Source: a virus
Lineage: Duplodnaviria; Caudoviricetes
Length of the DNA: 36,598 nucleotides
Reading direction: 5' to 3' (one strand)
Virus record (IMG/VR): IMGVR_UViG_3300049930_000025
Coordinates: 1 to 36,598 of that record
The position numbers and the translations under genes are program-made. The notes under the pieces are model-generated. The model made no database searches and was not told where the DNA came from. It saw nothing but the letters and a program-made list of their open reading frames with translations. Shown here piece by piece: positions 35,227 to 36,598 of this stretch; position 1 is the first letter of the stretch, and every line of letters starts with the position of its first letter.

Positions 35227-35539
35227 CCGCCTTCACCTCGCTGAAGTTCCGTATCGCTTGGTCGAGCCCGACCTTGCGCTCGTCGAGCTTCTGGCGAGCG
35301 AGGGCAAGGCCGTACTCGGGGAACTCCTCTGGCGGCACGCCCAGCGCATGAGCTAGAGCACGGATGGTCTCGGGGCCGGGCTGGTTGGTGCCCGCTTCCA
35401 GGCTCTTGATGGTGACCTCGGCGAGCCCCTTGCCGTCGTACTCAACGGTCGCACGCGACAGCACGCTGCGGCTCAGCTTCTGGCCTTCCCGGAGGCGTCG
35501 GAGGCGTGCCGGCAGAGGTTCTTGAGCGCTCGATGTCAC
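35108..35539 (-). CDS. XRE-family HTH repressor (CI-like, no protease domain)
   Basis: RLRRLRE...LSR...IKSLEAG..QPG.ETIRALAHALGV; start set at GTG 35539. Confidence 0.85.
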   Translation of the reverse strand: MTSSAQEPLPARLRRLREGQKLSRSVLSRATVEYDGKGLAEVTIKSLEAGTNQPGPETIRALAHALGVPPEEFPEYGLALARQKLDERKVGLDQAIRNFSEVKAAMRLETPEEIAEEAARLREQQQPQVAPGEERKSGKGRAT

Positions 35540-35541
35540 GA

Positions 35542-35610
35542 GGTGGCGGATACAACCGCCACCAACATCTCTTGACAAGGCATCGTGGCTATGGATAGAG
35601 TCCCTATCCA
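35542..35610. promoter_or_regulatory. Immunity switch: promoter TTGACA-N18-TAGAGT (+) and two palindromic operator candidates
   Basis: GGTGGCGG-N6-CCGCCACC (35542-35563); TGGATAG-N5-CTATCCA (35592-35610) covers the -10. Confidence 0.7.
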
Positions 35611-35611
35611 C

Positions 35612-35848
35612 ATGACCGCTAACCCATCTACCGGGCAGCCGCGAAGTGCGCTGGACGCCTTCCTGAAAGCTCGCGGCATCAAGCAAGTCTGGCTGGCGGA
35701 CGAGACCGACATCGACGCCTCCGACATCTCGCGCATCGTCAACGGGATGCGCCCCGGCCGTGAGCGTGCTCACGCGATCGCCAAGGCGCTCCGCGCGTCC
35801 TGCACGGAACTGGGCTGGTCTGAGCACGACGAAGCGGCGGCGGCGTAA
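35612..35848 (+). CDS. Cro-like XRE HTH protein
   Basis: RGIKQVWLADETDIDASDISRIVNG...AIAKAL; divergent from the repressor. Confidence 0.85.
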   Translation: MTANPSTGQPRSALDAFLKARGIKQVWLADETDIDASDISRIVNGMRPGRERAHAIAKALRASCTELGWSEHDEAAAA

Positions 35849-36465
35849 TGGCTGTCCACTCCTCCGACGCTACGCCCGCACCCGAACCGCGTGAACTGCG
35901 TCGGATCGAGCCGGTGATCGCGTCCACGACGCTCGAAGAGCCGCTCGGCCACCTCCTCGACGCCCAAGCCCGCCTGGACCGGGTGCGGCTGCTGGTCTTC
36001 AACCCCTCACGCGAGGTCGACAGCCTCGCCGAGCACCTCATCGAAGCTCTCGACCCAACCGCCGACATCGAGCACGTCGTCGCGAAGATGTCGCCGCAGC
36101 TGCGAGAGCTCTACGGTCACAACGGCCACGCGACCGCCCACGTCCGGGCCGCGACCGGACCCGTCGACCGGATGCATCGCGCGCTGCACAGCGACGGCTT
36201 CCGCTCCGCCCTGACCGTCAAGGCCGGCGCCCGCAAGCTCCGCGGCCCGCTGCGAGTTGCCAAGCGCGTCCTGGTCGACAAGGACCCCGGCGACGGCATC
36301 GAGTGGGCACGAGCCACCAGGGCCATCCTGAGGGTGATCGACACCATGCCCGCCGACACGCTTCTCGGCAACGGCATGCGCGGCGAGCTGGGCGCGGGAC
36401 CGTTCGACCTGCTGTGCCAGGTGTGCGACCTGTTGACCGACGGGGCGGGGGAGGGCACGCGATGA
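35848..36465 (+). CDS. Hypothetical early protein
   Basis: TAATG coupling with the Cro-like gene. Confidence 0.7.
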   Translation: MAVHSSDATPAPEPRELRRIEPVIASTTLEEPLGHLLDAQARLDRVRLLVFNPSREVDSLAEHLIEALDPTADIEHVVAKMSPQLRELYGHNGHATAHVRAATGPVDRMHRALHSDGFRSALTVKAGARKLRGPLRVAKRVLVDKDPGDGIEWARATRAILRVIDTMPADTLLGNGMRGELGAGPFDLLCQVCDLLTDGAGEGTR

Positions 36466-36598
36466 GCGCGTTTGCCTCCGACCTGTCGGTCAAGGAGCAC
36501 GCAGCGCGGGAGGCTGGGGCACACCTCGCTCGGCGCCACCCCGACGCGGAGGTCAACGATGTCGCCGTACGCATGTTCGGTGACCGTCGAGATGTGGT
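36462..36598 (+). CDS. Hypothetical early protein, truncated by the window end
   Basis: ATGA coupling and GGAGG SD; frame open to the edge. Confidence 0.55.
   Translation, partial: MSAFASDLSVKEHAAREAGAHLARRHPDAEVNDVAVRMFGDRRDV

Larger units (their letters stand above)
1..36598. mobile_element. Temperate siphovirus/prophage, partial (morphogenesis, lysis, immunity switch)
   Basis: Ordered terminase-portal-capsid-tail-tape measure-lysis genes plus a divergent HTH pair. No host housekeeping genes; no integrase or att site seen. Confidence 0.95.

Overview
This high-GC window holds most of a temperate siphovirus or prophage. The host is probably an actinobacterium, inferred from GC content, leaderless TANNNT promoters and protein style. 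One long minus-strand late operon runs from about 31750 to 2028: terminases, portal, MuF-like protein, scaffold, capsid, head-tail connectors, a beta-helix spike, tail tube, a frameshifted tail chaperone, a 1755-aa tape measure, tail tip proteins and a four-gene lysis block (M15 peptidase, GH24 lysozyme, SGNH esterase, holin). A repressor/Cro-like switch sits at the right end, and plus-strand early-type genes occupy both window edges. No integrase is visible. The most unusual items are: (1) a terminator-insulated module of a DUF3800 (RNase H-like) gene facing a separately promoted ~100-nt structured RNA; (2) self-promoted, leaderless, antisense mini-genes scattered through the structural operon, one of them bactofilin-like; (3) an SGNH esterase inside the lysis cassette; (4) a ~400-nt late leader made of five near back-to-back stems next to an ASCH-domain gene. 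All product calls come from motif reading and synteny; no database searches were run.
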